IMG/VR virus record: IMGVR_UViG_3300048574_000463
Coordinates: 1 to 61,200 of that record
Origin: a virus
Lineage: Duplodnaviria; Caudoviricetes
Strand: one strand, 5' to 3'
DNA length: 61,200 bases
Shown here: one piece after another, positions 9,711-18,082 of the stretch
How the letters are laid out: each line of letters opens with the position of its first letter
How positions within the stretch are numbered: position 1 is the stretch's first letter
Notes under the pieces: model-generated
What the model was told of the DNA's origin: nothing
The model's input: only the letters and a program-made list of their open reading frames with translations
Database searches by the model: none
Program-made: the position numbers and the translations under genes

Positions 9711-10475
9711 TTAGAAAGGCACATGGTCGGAGTTGCCAGCGCCGCCCTGCGGAGCCGCCCAGGCGGGCATGCCGCCATTCGCCGGAGGCGGCGGCGTTTG
9801 CGCGGCGGGGGGCGTCGCCTGCCCCTTAGGGGCCGACCAGGACTGCGCAGGCGGCAGCGTGGCCTGTGTCGGCGGCGTTGCGGCCGGTTTTGGCGCGGCC
9901 CAGGCAGGGGCGGCGGTCGCGGCCGCAGCCTGCGGAATCTCGGGGATAGCGGCGTCGGTGATGACTTCTCCGCCGGACATGATGTGTTGGTACTGCTCGT
10001 CGTCAACGGTGACGACGCGCTTGATGGTGTTGTTAACCCACCTGTCGCCGGGTTTGGGGGCGTCGATGCCGACGACGATGCCGAACTCGACGCCCTGCAG
10101 GTCGCCCCACGCGGCCAACATGCGGGCCTGCGTGGCCGTCGGACTGGCGTCCTTGGGGCTGACGCCGCGCACGGCCTCGACGATGGCGCGCATGGTGCGC
10201 ATGCTGATCTGCGCGGCCTTCTTGTGCCCGTCCGAGGCACCGGCCACCACGAAGTTGTTCCAAATCTTTTTTCCCTGGAATTGGCCGGAAACGACCACGA
10301 ATTCGCAGTTGAGCATTTCGCAGTTGCCGTCCTTGGATACGGTCAGCATCGGGTCGCTGCCCTGGCGGGAATATTCCGGCGCGCGGATACGCATCTGCAC
10401 CTTGACCATGGAATTCGGCGGGATCGCCCCCAGCGACTCGCGCTGTTCTTCCGCCTGGTTGAAATCAAGAGCCAT
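9711..10475 (-). CDS. SSB-like protein (DUF669-like)
   Basis: MALDFNQAE start, OB-like core, Pro/Ala-rich tail ending DHVPF; next to the Sak4-like ATPase. Confidence 0.75.
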   Translation of the reverse strand: MALDFNQAEEQRESLGAIPPNSMVKVQMRIRAPEYSRQGSDPMLTVSKDGNCEMLNCEFVVVSGQFQGKKIWNNFVVAGASDGHKKAAQISMRTMRAIVEAVRGVSPKDASPTATQARMLAAWGDLQGVEFGIVVGIDAPKPGDRWVNNTIKRVVTVDDEQYQHIMSGGEVITDAAIPEIPQAAAATAAPAWAAPKPAATPPTQATLPPAQSWSAPKGQATPPAAQTPPPPANGGMPAWAAPQGGAGNSDHVPF

Positions 10476-10476
10476 G

Positions 10477-11292
10477 CTATTTGGCCTCCTGTTGGTTATT
10501 GTTTCCGGGGAGCTGGTATTTGCCTTTGGTGGCGACGTGCAGGGCCTGATGGAACGCGCCCCATGTACTGTCCTGACCGATGTGGATTTCGTGCGGCAGG
10601 CTCCACCGATTCTTCGCGACGTAAGCCGGGCGCTCGTCGGTGAAGATGACGCGCTCGCCGGTGCCCTCGGCGCGGTGTTTGTCCTGTCCGGTCTTGCCAC
10701 CGTCCTTGGTCTTGATGAGCCTCCGCTTGTAGTTGGCGAAAAGCACCATGTCGGCCCATTCCTGCCACAGCGCCCAGGCCCGCTTGTGCAGTTTGATCTG
10801 GTAGCGGTCGAACGGGTCGCCGTCCGGCGGTTCGTGCCGCTTGATCTCGGCGTGCGCAACCAGCACAACGGTCATGCCTCTGGTCAGCCGCAGGCTATCC
10901 AGGCCGCCCATGATCGTTCGCCACACGTTGTCGGCCTCGACATACCCCTTGCCGTACCCGGCTCGCTCGATGGTCTCGATGCCGAGCTGCACGCAGGTCT
11001 GTGCCCAGATGATCGGCTCCAGCCAGTCGAGCGAATCCACGACCAGCGTGCGAAACGGATGGTCGCCGTGCAGGGAGTTGATGGCCTCGCACATCTGCGG
11101 GTAGGTCTCGACCAGCTGCGGGAACGTCGGCACGTCGATAGCCCCGGCCCCGTCCTCGGCGCGCAGCAGGATCGGCGCGTCGAACGTGCATCCGAACGTG
11201 GTTTTCCCCAACCCCTGCGTCCCGTAGACCAAGATCTTCTGCGGCCTGAACTCGGCCGCAGCAGAAACGATGTTTGCGATTTCGAAGGTCAT
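10477..11292 (-). CDS. Sak4-like AAA_24 ATPase (recombination)
   Basis: YGTQGLGKTT, TLVVDSLDWLE, GYGKGY, EWADMVLFA, AKNR. Confidence 0.88.
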   Translation of the reverse strand: MTFEIANIVSAAAEFRPQKILVYGTQGLGKTTFGCTFDAPILLRAEDGAGAIDVPTFPQLVETYPQMCEAINSLHGDHPFRTLVVDSLDWLEPIIWAQTCVQLGIETIERAGYGKGYVEADNVWRTIMGGLDSLRLTRGMTVVLVAHAEIKRHEPPDGDPFDRYQIKLHKRAWALWQEWADMVLFANYKRRLIKTKDGGKTGQDKHRAEGTGERVIFTDERPAYVAKNRWSLPHEIHIGQDSTWGAFHQALHVATKGKYQLPGNNNQQEAK

Positions 11293-11296
11293 GGGT

Positions 11297-11728
11297 TTAG
11301 GCCTCCACGGGTTCGAACGTCACCTGAGGGGCGCCGTCGCTGACCGTCATGGCGTCGCGGACCAGGGACACCTGATCGGCAGGGCCGTGGGCCATGAAGC
11401 CATCCAGGGCACGCTGTGAACGCGGCTTGTACGTCCAGCCGAAGACGCGCGAAAACGCCTCGTCGCCCATGGCCAGCCGGGCCACGGCCACCTTCTCCTG
11501 GTCGAACTTGACGTAGGTCTTGAGTTGTATCTTTGCGCGCAGGCCGCCGCCTTCCAGGTGCGCGGTCTTTTTGCCCGGCGCGAACGACGCCAACTCGCAA
11601 AGCCGAAAATTGATTTCACGCAGCCGCGATTCCTGTTGGCCGATGCTCGCCTTGAGCGCCGCGCCTTCCTTGATCAGAGCGGCGGCTTCCGGTTCCGGCA
11701 TGCGCAGAACGCTTGCTTGGGCCGTCAT
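11297..11728 (-). CDS. Hypothetical phage protein
   Basis: Coupled ORF with N-terminal coiled coil upstream of the Sak4-like gene. Confidence 0.65.
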   Translation of the reverse strand: MTAQASVLRMPEPEAAALIKEGAALKASIGQQESRLREINFRLCELASFAPGKKTAHLEGGGLRAKIQLKTYVKFDQEKVAVARLAMGDEAFSRVFGWTYKPRSQRALDGFMAHGPADQVSLVRDAMTVSDGAPQVTFEPVEA

Positions 11729-12000
11729 GGGGTTACTCCTTGCGCAGCTTCGCCGCGCGGTTTGAGGTTAGTGAGAGGGGCGCGGTTGTCTTTGATGATC
11801 CCCAGCCGCTTGGCGACCGCCAGATTTTCGGCGCGGGTCAGAGACCCCACGAGCTGCTCGAACCTGCGGTCGATGTGACCGGTTATGCCCCCTATTCCCA
11901 CATGGATCACGGGCACGTCCGCCCCGGCGTGCAGCGTGGCGGGGAAGTCCACTCCCGGCTCGATGCCGTACTCCTCGCACATCTTCTTGCCGTCCATCAC
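11725..12000 (-). CDS. Hypothetical protein
   Basis: Overlapping start/stop junctions on both sides. Confidence 0.55.
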   Translation of the reverse strand: MMDGKKMCEEYGIEPGVDFPATLHAGADVPVIHVGIGGITGHIDRRFEQLVGSLTRAENLAVAKRLGIIKDNRAPLTNLKPRGEAAQGVTP

Positions 12001-12101
12001 ATCCTCCAGATGACCGCCGCGACGAACGCCGACGCGGCAAAAATGATGTAGATCAGTGCCAGGGCCAGGGCCTCGCCGATGTCTTTGATGTCGTCGCTCA
12101 T
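11997..12101 (-). CDS. 34-aa single-TM protein (not in ORF track)
   Basis: MSDDIKDIGEALALALIYIIFAASAFVAAVIWRM with GGGGAG RBS. Confidence 0.55.
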   Translation of the reverse strand: MSDDIKDIGEALALALIYIIFAASAFVAAVIWRM

Positions 12102-12244
12102 CGTGCTTTCTCCCCTTTTATCGCCCCGCCTCGGTCTTCCTGGCCTCCGCTCCCGTCCGGTGCCTGGCTCTTTGAGCCGCCGTTGCCGGACCCCGTGGGG
12201 TGGTCGCGGCTGGCCTCGGTCGCTACTGCGGGCCGCGTTTGTCG

Positions 12245-12988
12245 CTACATCAACTGGTGCTGCATCGGCCTCGCCGGGCCAGGGATCAGCACCACGTCAG
12301 AACGTCCCACCGTGTCAGCGTAGGACAGGATTTTGCGCTTCACGTTTTGGTAGATGTCTTTGTAGTGGGTGCCCGCCGCAACCTCGTCCATGACGGTGTC
12401 GGCCACCATGAACTCGGCAACGGTGACAACAGAAAGCTGCTTGATGTTCAGGGAATCGCGCCAGTGTTTGGCGGTCTTGGTCGCGAGGGCGAACAGGGCG
12501 TCCCTGACCATGATGGAGTAGTTGCGGTAGAAGTGGACGGCGTCGGCGGTGCTTCCCTGCTTCCTGGCGTTGGCGATGAGCACCTTGATGGCGTCGGTGG
12601 CCTCGTGGCGTTGATCCTTGGAGATGGTGCGGTGCTGCCGCCAATCAAGAGCGCCACGGCGTTCTTTCTCCGAGGCCATCTTGAGAATGCGCTTTTCCAT
12701 GAGGTCGAAGGCGGCGATAAACTTTTCTTTCCAGGCCACGGCCTCGCGGCCCGTGAACCCCATGGCAACCATGGAGAACCCGCCACGAGACATGGCAAAC
12801 ATCGGCTGCTCTTTGCCCTGCTCGTTCAGGTAGGAGGACTCCCCAAAATTGCGGAGTCGGAATCCCTCAGAGCACTCCAGGTTCCTGATGGCGCGTAGCA
12901 CCCGGTCATGCCTCTTCCCAAACTTCGCGGCCACCTCCAGGCTTGTCGTCCAAAGCTGCCCGCTTTTCTCGAAGACCTTGATGTCCAT
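12245..12988 (-). CDS. rha: Rha-family phage regulatory protein
   Basis: TTSLEVAAKFGKRHDRVLRAI...MSRGGFSMVAMGFTG..A..WKEKFIAAF. Confidence 0.9.
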   Translation of the reverse strand: MDIKVFEKSGQLWTTSLEVAAKFGKRHDRVLRAIRNLECSEGFRLRNFGESSYLNEQGKEQPMFAMSRGGFSMVAMGFTGREAVAWKEKFIAAFDLMEKRILKMASEKERRGALDWRQHRTISKDQRHEATDAIKVLIANARKQGSTADAVHFYRNYSIMVRDALFALATKTAKHWRDSLNIKQLSVVTVAEFMVADTVMDEVAAGTHYKDIYQNVKRKILSYADTVGRSDVVLIPGPARPMQHQLM

Positions 12989-13038
12989 GCCCTTCCCCCT
13001 CCTCGGCCCGGGCGGGCCGCGTCGTCGTTGTTGAAGGC

Positions 13039-13091
13039 ATACTAGGGCGAACTGCCTAGGTTTGGCAATATAAAACTTAGGTAAATTGCCT
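13039..13091 (-). promoter_or_regulatory. PL-like promoter with two operator sites
   Basis: Minus strand TTGCCA(13068-13063)-N18-TAGTAT(13044-13039); 13-bp operator-like sites at 13045-13057 and 13079-13091. Confidence 0.65.
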
Positions 13092-13116
13092 TGGTTTGAA
13101 AAAAAGTTTTGGGCAC

Positions 13117-13137
13117 AAAAAAACCGCCTTTCGGCGG
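13117..13137 (-). terminator. Rho-independent terminator insulating PL
   Basis: Minus strand CCGCC-GAAA-GGCGG followed by T7. Confidence 0.75.
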
Positions 13138-13170
13138 CGGGTGAGGGGGGGGGCTTCTGGCAAACACGGC

Positions 13171-13614
13171 ATGGATTGTCGCGGATTGAATGCCAGGATC
13201 AGCGTCGATGCCTGCCGGGAGAATCGGAGGCGGCCCATTTCGTCCGCGTTCTCGGGGGCGGCGGTGCGGCCGCCGCAGTGCATCCGGTGCAAGCAGTGGC
13301 CGGAGGTTGATCCGCCGGAGGAGCGCCCGGACCCGCCGACGGATCAACCCGACCCGGTTGCCGAGAGCGCCGCCCCTGGGGCGGAATTCGAAGAGGAAAA
13401 CATCTTTCATATCCCGCTGGATGACGAGGCGCCAGGGGCTCCGCCGCCACCCCCGGCGAGGACTATCCGGCGGGATGTGACGGTTGATGCGGGCTGCCCA
13501 TGCATGTCATGTCGCCTGTTCAGGCCCATGGCCACATTCGTGGGCGGCGTCCAGGGCGTTCGGCTCTGCTGGTCCAGCGACCCGAGGTGGGATTTTTCCT
13601 GTAGGAGGGGATGA
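13171..13614 (+). CDS. Hypothetical Cys-rich protein
   Basis: MDCRGLNAR..CIRC and CMSC clusters; start uncertain. Confidence 0.4.
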   Translation: MDCRGLNARISVDACRENRRRPISSAFSGAAVRPPQCIRCKQWPEVDPPEERPDPPTDQPDPVAESAAPGAEFEEENIFHIPLDDEAPGAPPPPPARTIRRDVTVDAGCPCMSCRLFRPMATFVGGVQGVRLCWSSDPRWDFSCRRG

Positions 13615-13763
13615 GGTGGAGGGCCTGTTCAGCCTTTGAGGAAAAGGCTATTTGCTCAGGGCATTGTTGACAAAAAACAGGACGTCATGCTAGGACAATC
13701 AAGAGGACATATTTTTCAAGAAAAAACTATAACTATCTCATTTACAATGATATAAAAGGACAT

Positions 13764-14918
13764 ATGATGAGATACTTGGAGAGTCATCCGTGGATAACAT
13801 TTTCATTTGATCCACTGCGCCTTGATTCAGTGACCTGGGTCGCCTTGGGAGAGATTAAGTCAAAGTGCGAACATTTAGCCGGCGTCCCGCTTCAGCCCAG
13901 TATTGCTCAGGATTTAAGCCAAGTCTATCTGGCCAAAGGAGCCTTGGCTACCACGGCCATCGAGGGGAACACTCTCTCAGAGGATGAGGTGAAACGGCAT
14001 CTTGAGGGGAAACTCAAATTGCCGCCGTCGAAAGAGTATCTTGGAAAGGAAATCGACAACATCCTGGAGGCATTTAAAGTTTCGGATAAAAAGGTATTTC
14101 TTGAGGGGAAAGCCGACATATCTCCGGATATGATACTTGAATACAATCGACTGGTTCTTGCCGACTTAGATGTGGGTGAAGACGTTAAACCTGGGCAAAT
14201 CAGAATGCATTCTGTAGGGGTCGGCAGATATCGGGGATGCCCTCCAGAGGAATGTTCTTTTTTATTGGAGAAGCTTTGCTCTTGGTTGGCTGAATACAAA
14301 GCCAATGCTGAATTAAGAATCCCCATGGCAATTTTAAAGTCTATCATATCCCATGTCTATTTGGCATGGATACATCCATTTGGAGACGGAAACGGCAGAA
14401 CAGCAAGGCTTGTAGAGTATCATATACTGCTCGCAGGCGGTGTACCGCATCCTGCTGCACAACTTTTATCCAATTTTTACAACGAAACACGACAACAGTA
14501 TTATAGAAATCTGGATCGCTCCAGTCGATCAAAAGGCGATATCACCCCTTTCATCACATATGCGGTGCAAGGCTTCTTAGATGGACTACGTGAACAGATT
14601 GAGACTATTAAGGAGCAGCATTGTCGTATTGCCTGGAAGGATTACATCCATGAAACATTCAAAGGGAAAAATACCAACGCGGAAACACGCAGGAGGCATC
14701 TTGCGCTTGACTTGTCACGAAACAATGAATTTGTCCCTATCTCTAAAATTACTGAACTATCGCCGAGAATCGCTAAATCCTATGCCAAGAAAGGACAAAA
14801 GACATTAACAAGAGATGTAAATAGACTTGTCAGTCTTGGACTTGTCGAAAAGAGAGGAAATACAATCCGAAGTAACAGCAATAAAATTCTGGCATTCCTG
14901 CCGCTGACACTCAGTTGA
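13764..14918 (+). CDS. Fic-family AMPylase (class II) with C-terminal HTH
   Basis: Canonical HPFGDGNGRTAR; N-terminal inhibitory TTAIEGN motif; low GC. Confidence 0.92.
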   Translation: MMRYLESHPWITFSFDPLRLDSVTWVALGEIKSKCEHLAGVPLQPSIAQDLSQVYLAKGALATTAIEGNTLSEDEVKRHLEGKLKLPPSKEYLGKEIDNILEAFKVSDKKVFLEGKADISPDMILEYNRLVLADLDVGEDVKPGQIRMHSVGVGRYRGCPPEECSFLLEKLCSWLAEYKANAELRIPMAILKSIISHVYLAWIHPFGDGNGRTARLVEYHILLAGGVPHPAAQLLSNFYNETRQQYYRNLDRSSRSKGDITPFITYAVQGFLDGLREQIETIKEQHCRIAWKDYIHETFKGKNTNAETRRRHLALDLSRNNEFVPISKITELSPRIAKSYAKKGQKTLTRDVNRLVSLGLVEKRGNTIRSNSNKILAFLPLTLS

Positions 14919-14920
14919 CG

Positions 14921-14986
14921 CACCCAACATTGGCGGACGTTGGCAATGTTGGGTGAGGTAAAGAAAAAGGCCCGCCGAAGCGGGCC
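14921..14986. terminator. Two hairpins between the convergent Fic and S49 genes
   Basis: Perfect 12-bp IR CACCCAACATTG (14921-14932 / 14944-14955); minus-strand GGCCCGC-TTCG-GCGGGCC-T5 (14986-14964). Confidence 0.75.
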
Positions 14987-15018
14987 AGGAGACTTAAGAC
15001 AAGAGCCTATCAGCAAAG

Positions 15019-15930
15019 CTATTGCGATGGAATTCTTGCAAGCTCGATAATAGCTGCCCCGTTGTGATTTTCTATAATTTTTACCGCATGAGAATTCGAA
15101 AGAGTATGCATGTATGCGTGGTGAACAGTTAAAATCAAATCTTGCATAACTTGATCGTTCTCTAGTTGCTCTACTATAAGGCCAACATGGTCACGGATTT
15201 CATCAATTGAGAGATGTTTACCATGATTTATTTCGTGACCAAATTTTATAAGCTTATCAGTCACGTCGGCGGCGGTTTGTGATGGATCTTGTGAACCCGA
15301 AAACATATTTTTCTCAAGCCATGCCTTTACCAAGTCTTCTGCCCATCTACAGGCATTTTCACATTGGGCGATGAATGTTGGATGATATTTTCCAATAATT
15401 GCTTGCCAAATTGGGATTCTAGCAGGGTCTGCCTTTACCTCGGTGATTGCTCGTTCAAACTCATCCTTGACGCCGCGAGCAGAAATCATGCCGAATTGAG
15501 GATCAATCGGGCCAAGGCTGGATTGTTTGCCCATCAAGACAGATTTACAGGAGCAGGCAATCATTGTCCCGGCGGACATTGCAAGCTGGGGGATGATAGC
15601 GCGGACATCCAACCCAAACATTCGGCGAAGATAGTCAACGATAGACTCTGCAGCGGCGATATTCCCGCCTGGCGTGTGCAAAAAAAGATCTAGCCCTTTT
15701 GTTCGATCCAGTCCATGAACAGCGTTCATGAAGCCGTTCATATCGAGGTCGGTAATGTCAATATTTTGGATATTTCCTTTTTGCAGCCATCCAGAGTAAT
15801 AGGCAATTATATTCCTTCCGGTCGTCTCATGCAAAACTCGGAGATATTTGCGCCTGACGATGTCAAGAGCGGTCACTCCAAGTGCTCTTTGGGCTCCAAT
15901 TTCGTCAAGGATGGTGTTCCAACTGGGCAT
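15019..15930 (-). CDS. S49/SDH Clp-fold serine protease
   Basis: LDLFLHTPGG, AMSAGTMIA, SSLGPIDPQ, HGKHL; low GC. Confidence 0.88.
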   Translation of the reverse strand: MPSWNTILDEIGAQRALGVTALDIVRRKYLRVLHETTGRNIIAYYSGWLQKGNIQNIDITDLDMNGFMNAVHGLDRTKGLDLFLHTPGGNIAAAESIVDYLRRMFGLDVRAIIPQLAMSAGTMIACSCKSVLMGKQSSLGPIDPQFGMISARGVKDEFERAITEVKADPARIPIWQAIIGKYHPTFIAQCENACRWAEDLVKAWLEKNMFSGSQDPSQTAADVTDKLIKFGHEINHGKHLSIDEIRDHVGLIVEQLENDQVMQDLILTVHHAYMHTLSNSHAVKIIENHNGAAIIELARIPSQ

Positions 15931-16111
15931 CAATGATCTCGTGGTAGGTTGAGTTTGAGCGCTGGATGATGTCAATCGGGCGCAAAAGGGTGCACAATTG
16001 AATTGCTGGCGCTGAACAAGAGCAGGTTGATTCTTGGGAGGTGGGCAAACCGAGAAGTTGGAACCCGGAAGAAATTTCCGTAAGACGCGATGGGCTGATA
16101 GACTTGTTCAT
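15905..16111 (-). CDS. Small ORF overlapping the S49 protease start
   Basis: GGGAGG RBS before ATG at 16111; overlaps the protease start by 26 nt. Confidence 0.4.
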   Translation of the reverse strand: MNKSISPSRLTEISSGFQLLGLPTSQESTCSCSAPAIQLCTLLRPIDIIQRSNSTYHEIIDAQLEHHP

Positions 16112-16156
16112 AGGCAACCTCCCTAGCGAGGCTATGCAAGAAATATGTTGCCCCCG

Positions 16157-16984
16157 TCAAGGGGTCTCCCTTCCCGGCGGCCACTTCACCCCCATCACTT
16201 CCTGAACCAGAGCCTCATCCACTCGCCCCTCAATCCGGCCCTCCTGGTCATCAGGTAGCAGCCACAAGAAGTTGAGTCCCGTCAGTTCTTCAAGATCCCG
16301 GATCGAGACCGCGTCATCCCTGGACAACCGACGCCTCGGCGTGTCCTGGGAGAAGAAAAAGCCCACGGCCCGAGTGTGGGCCGGATACCCCACCACCATT
16401 ATCTTCCAGTAACCCGAGGGTACCCGGTGGGGCTCATCGGCTCGCGGAAGTGCAGGCATCTCGGACCGGTAGACGGTCCCCGTCATCACAAAGACTTCCC
16501 CGGTCGAAGCCAAATTTCGCTCAAGTGATTCGAGAGCCTCCCACGCGCCCATGTTCAAAGCGCCTTGCTGCGGGGTGATATTGGAGAGGTAGTTGGTCTT
16601 GCTCCATGAGCGCGTGCCCTTGAAGGCAGCAAGCGGGGCTTGGTGACCGCGCTGATAGCCATGTGCTTCATTGGCCCCGCTGTAGTCAGGGGGCTCCAGC
16701 GTCCGGGTAGGATCAATCAGGGGGTCGGGCTTCCAGTTCCGTTCCTTGACGGGTTCGCCAATGACCGATGTAGGGTCAAGCCGATAGACAACCCAATCCG
16801 CTAGTTTTGTGTCAGGATTCGAGGACAGCGCGTAGATGTCGCGCACAACCAGATCATTGGTGTCAGACGTCCCCAGGGGGAGGCCGAACGGGCACAACTC
16901 CAGGTGGATATTTTCTAGAGGGATCGCCTCCACGGGAGAGGCGATAAGAAGGGCCGTGAGCAGTAAGGGCAGTAAGGTTTTCAT
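16157..16984 (-). CDS. Secreted DNA/RNA non-specific endonuclease (NucA/EndoG family)
   Basis: Signal peptide MKTLLPLLLTALLIASPVEA; RGHQAP, NITPQ...LN.G.W..LE, VPSGYWK. Confidence 0.9.
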   Translation of the reverse strand: MKTLLPLLLTALLIASPVEAIPLENIHLELCPFGLPLGTSDTNDLVVRDIYALSSNPDTKLADWVVYRLDPTSVIGEPVKERNWKPDPLIDPTRTLEPPDYSGANEAHGYQRGHQAPLAAFKGTRSWSKTNYLSNITPQQGALNMGAWEALESLERNLASTGEVFVMTGTVYRSEMPALPRADEPHRVPSGYWKIMVVGYPAHTRAVGFFFSQDTPRRRLSRDDAVSIRDLEELTGLNFLWLLPDDQEGRIEGRVDEALVQEVMGVKWPPGRETP

Positions 16985-16985
16985 G

Positions 16986-17258
16986 CTATTTCAGGCTGTG
17001 CTTGGTTCGGTAAGCCTGGACCATCTGGTCGGTCACATCCTTTGGATAACAGAGAGGAGAACGCCCACCTGGTTTGCTGTAGGCACTTCGGCCTCCGCAG
17101 CTTCGACCATTACTCATGGTGCTGTATGGGCACGGGCAGTTGCCTGGGTAGGATTGAATGGATTCCTGGACGATCAAACTCCGAACTTCATCGTCAGTCG
17201 CAGCAAAGGACAAAGCAGATATGAGTGTCAAGCCCAGAACTAAGAATGCAGTTTTCAT
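16986..17258 (-). CDS. Small secreted Cys-rich protein
   Basis: Signal peptide; YPGNCPCPY...GRSCGGRSAYSKPGG..PLCY. Confidence 0.8.
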   Translation of the reverse strand: MKTAFLVLGLTLISALSFAATDDEVRSLIVQESIQSYPGNCPCPYSTMSNGRSCGGRSAYSKPGGRSPLCYPKDVTDQMVQAYRTKHSLK

Positions 17259-17300
17259 CTCTTTCCTCGCTAAGGGATTAAATCAACGCATTATATTCGA

Positions 17301-17945
17301 TCAACAAAATAGGTGCTTTGCCCACCAGTCTTCGGAAATGATACGGAGACGGCAGAAAGTATCACGCAACTGCTTCGCCCGATCGATTTTGTTGCCGTAG
17401 GATTGATGTTTCCAGTCGCGGCTGGCCAGGGTGCCGACCACCAGGTAGTCCGTCTCTTGGGTGGGTAACTTATGGGTCCAGCCTCCGAGATTCCGGATTT
17501 CCTCCTCCACGTCACGCCGCGACCCAAAGGCGAAACGGCCGGTCAGACAGAAGCTCCGGCAATCGATCTGCAGGCTGGGCGGCGGCGTATCGAAAAACGT
17601 GCAGGCAGACAGGATGACCTCCGGGGCCTGGGGCTTGTGGCCGCAGGTGGCAGCCAGGAGATCGAAAAGATCGCGTTTCTCAACCGCGTCCAGAACACCG
17701 TCCCGCAGATATTCGTAAAGCCGCGAGCAAATGAGATACCCGACGTGCTCTTCCTGAACCTCCGGGCGGCGGTTTAACCAGTCTTGGAGAAATTTCGCCT
17801 CATGCTCGTTGACGGCGCCATCGGCGATCAGGCCAGTGCAAATGCCGATCAGCTCGTCCACGCCTCGGTCCTTGAGCCGTTTGGCGTTCAGGACACGGTT
17901 CATTGGCTGGCCGTGGTCATCGATCAAATTGTTATAGCTGGGCAT
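17301..17945 (-). CDS. BRCT-domain protein with N-terminal helical (TerB-like) domain
   Basis: ELIGICTGLIADGAVNEHE; FCLTGRF..GSR, TDYLVVG, YGNKI..A, IISEDWW. Confidence 0.82.
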   Translation of the reverse strand: MPSYNNLIDDHGQPMNRVLNAKRLKDRGVDELIGICTGLIADGAVNEHEAKFLQDWLNRRPEVQEEHVGYLICSRLYEYLRDGVLDAVEKRDLFDLLAATCGHKPQAPEVILSACTFFDTPPPSLQIDCRSFCLTGRFAFGSRRDVEEEIRNLGGWTHKLPTQETDYLVVGTLASRDWKHQSYGNKIDRAKQLRDTFCRLRIISEDWWAKHLFC

Positions 17946-18082
17946 GAGGTTCTCGTTTTCGGCATCCTCCCCACGGGCGAGGATGCACCGCTAATAGTTG
18001 CCACGGAGGGCCAAGGGGATTTTTTCAAGGCCTCACACTTTGCAATTTTCCACGGTGCGGACAGCCATCAGTGCCTAAAAAT

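Noticed and set aside
9733-11343. 536-aa plus-strand ORF and similar long shadow ORFs
   Set aside because: Antisense to well-supported SSB-like and Sak4-like genes
13145-13153. G9 homopolymer as a phase-variation switch
   Set aside because: Lies upstream of the likely start of a poorly supported ORF; a single sequence gives no evidence of slippage
15019-15930. S49 protease as prohead maturation protease
   Set aside because: Outside the head module, opposite strand and low GC; a separate scaffold gene exists
17301-17945. NAD-dependent DNA ligase
   Set aside because: Only a BRCT domain is present; no adenylation or OB domains
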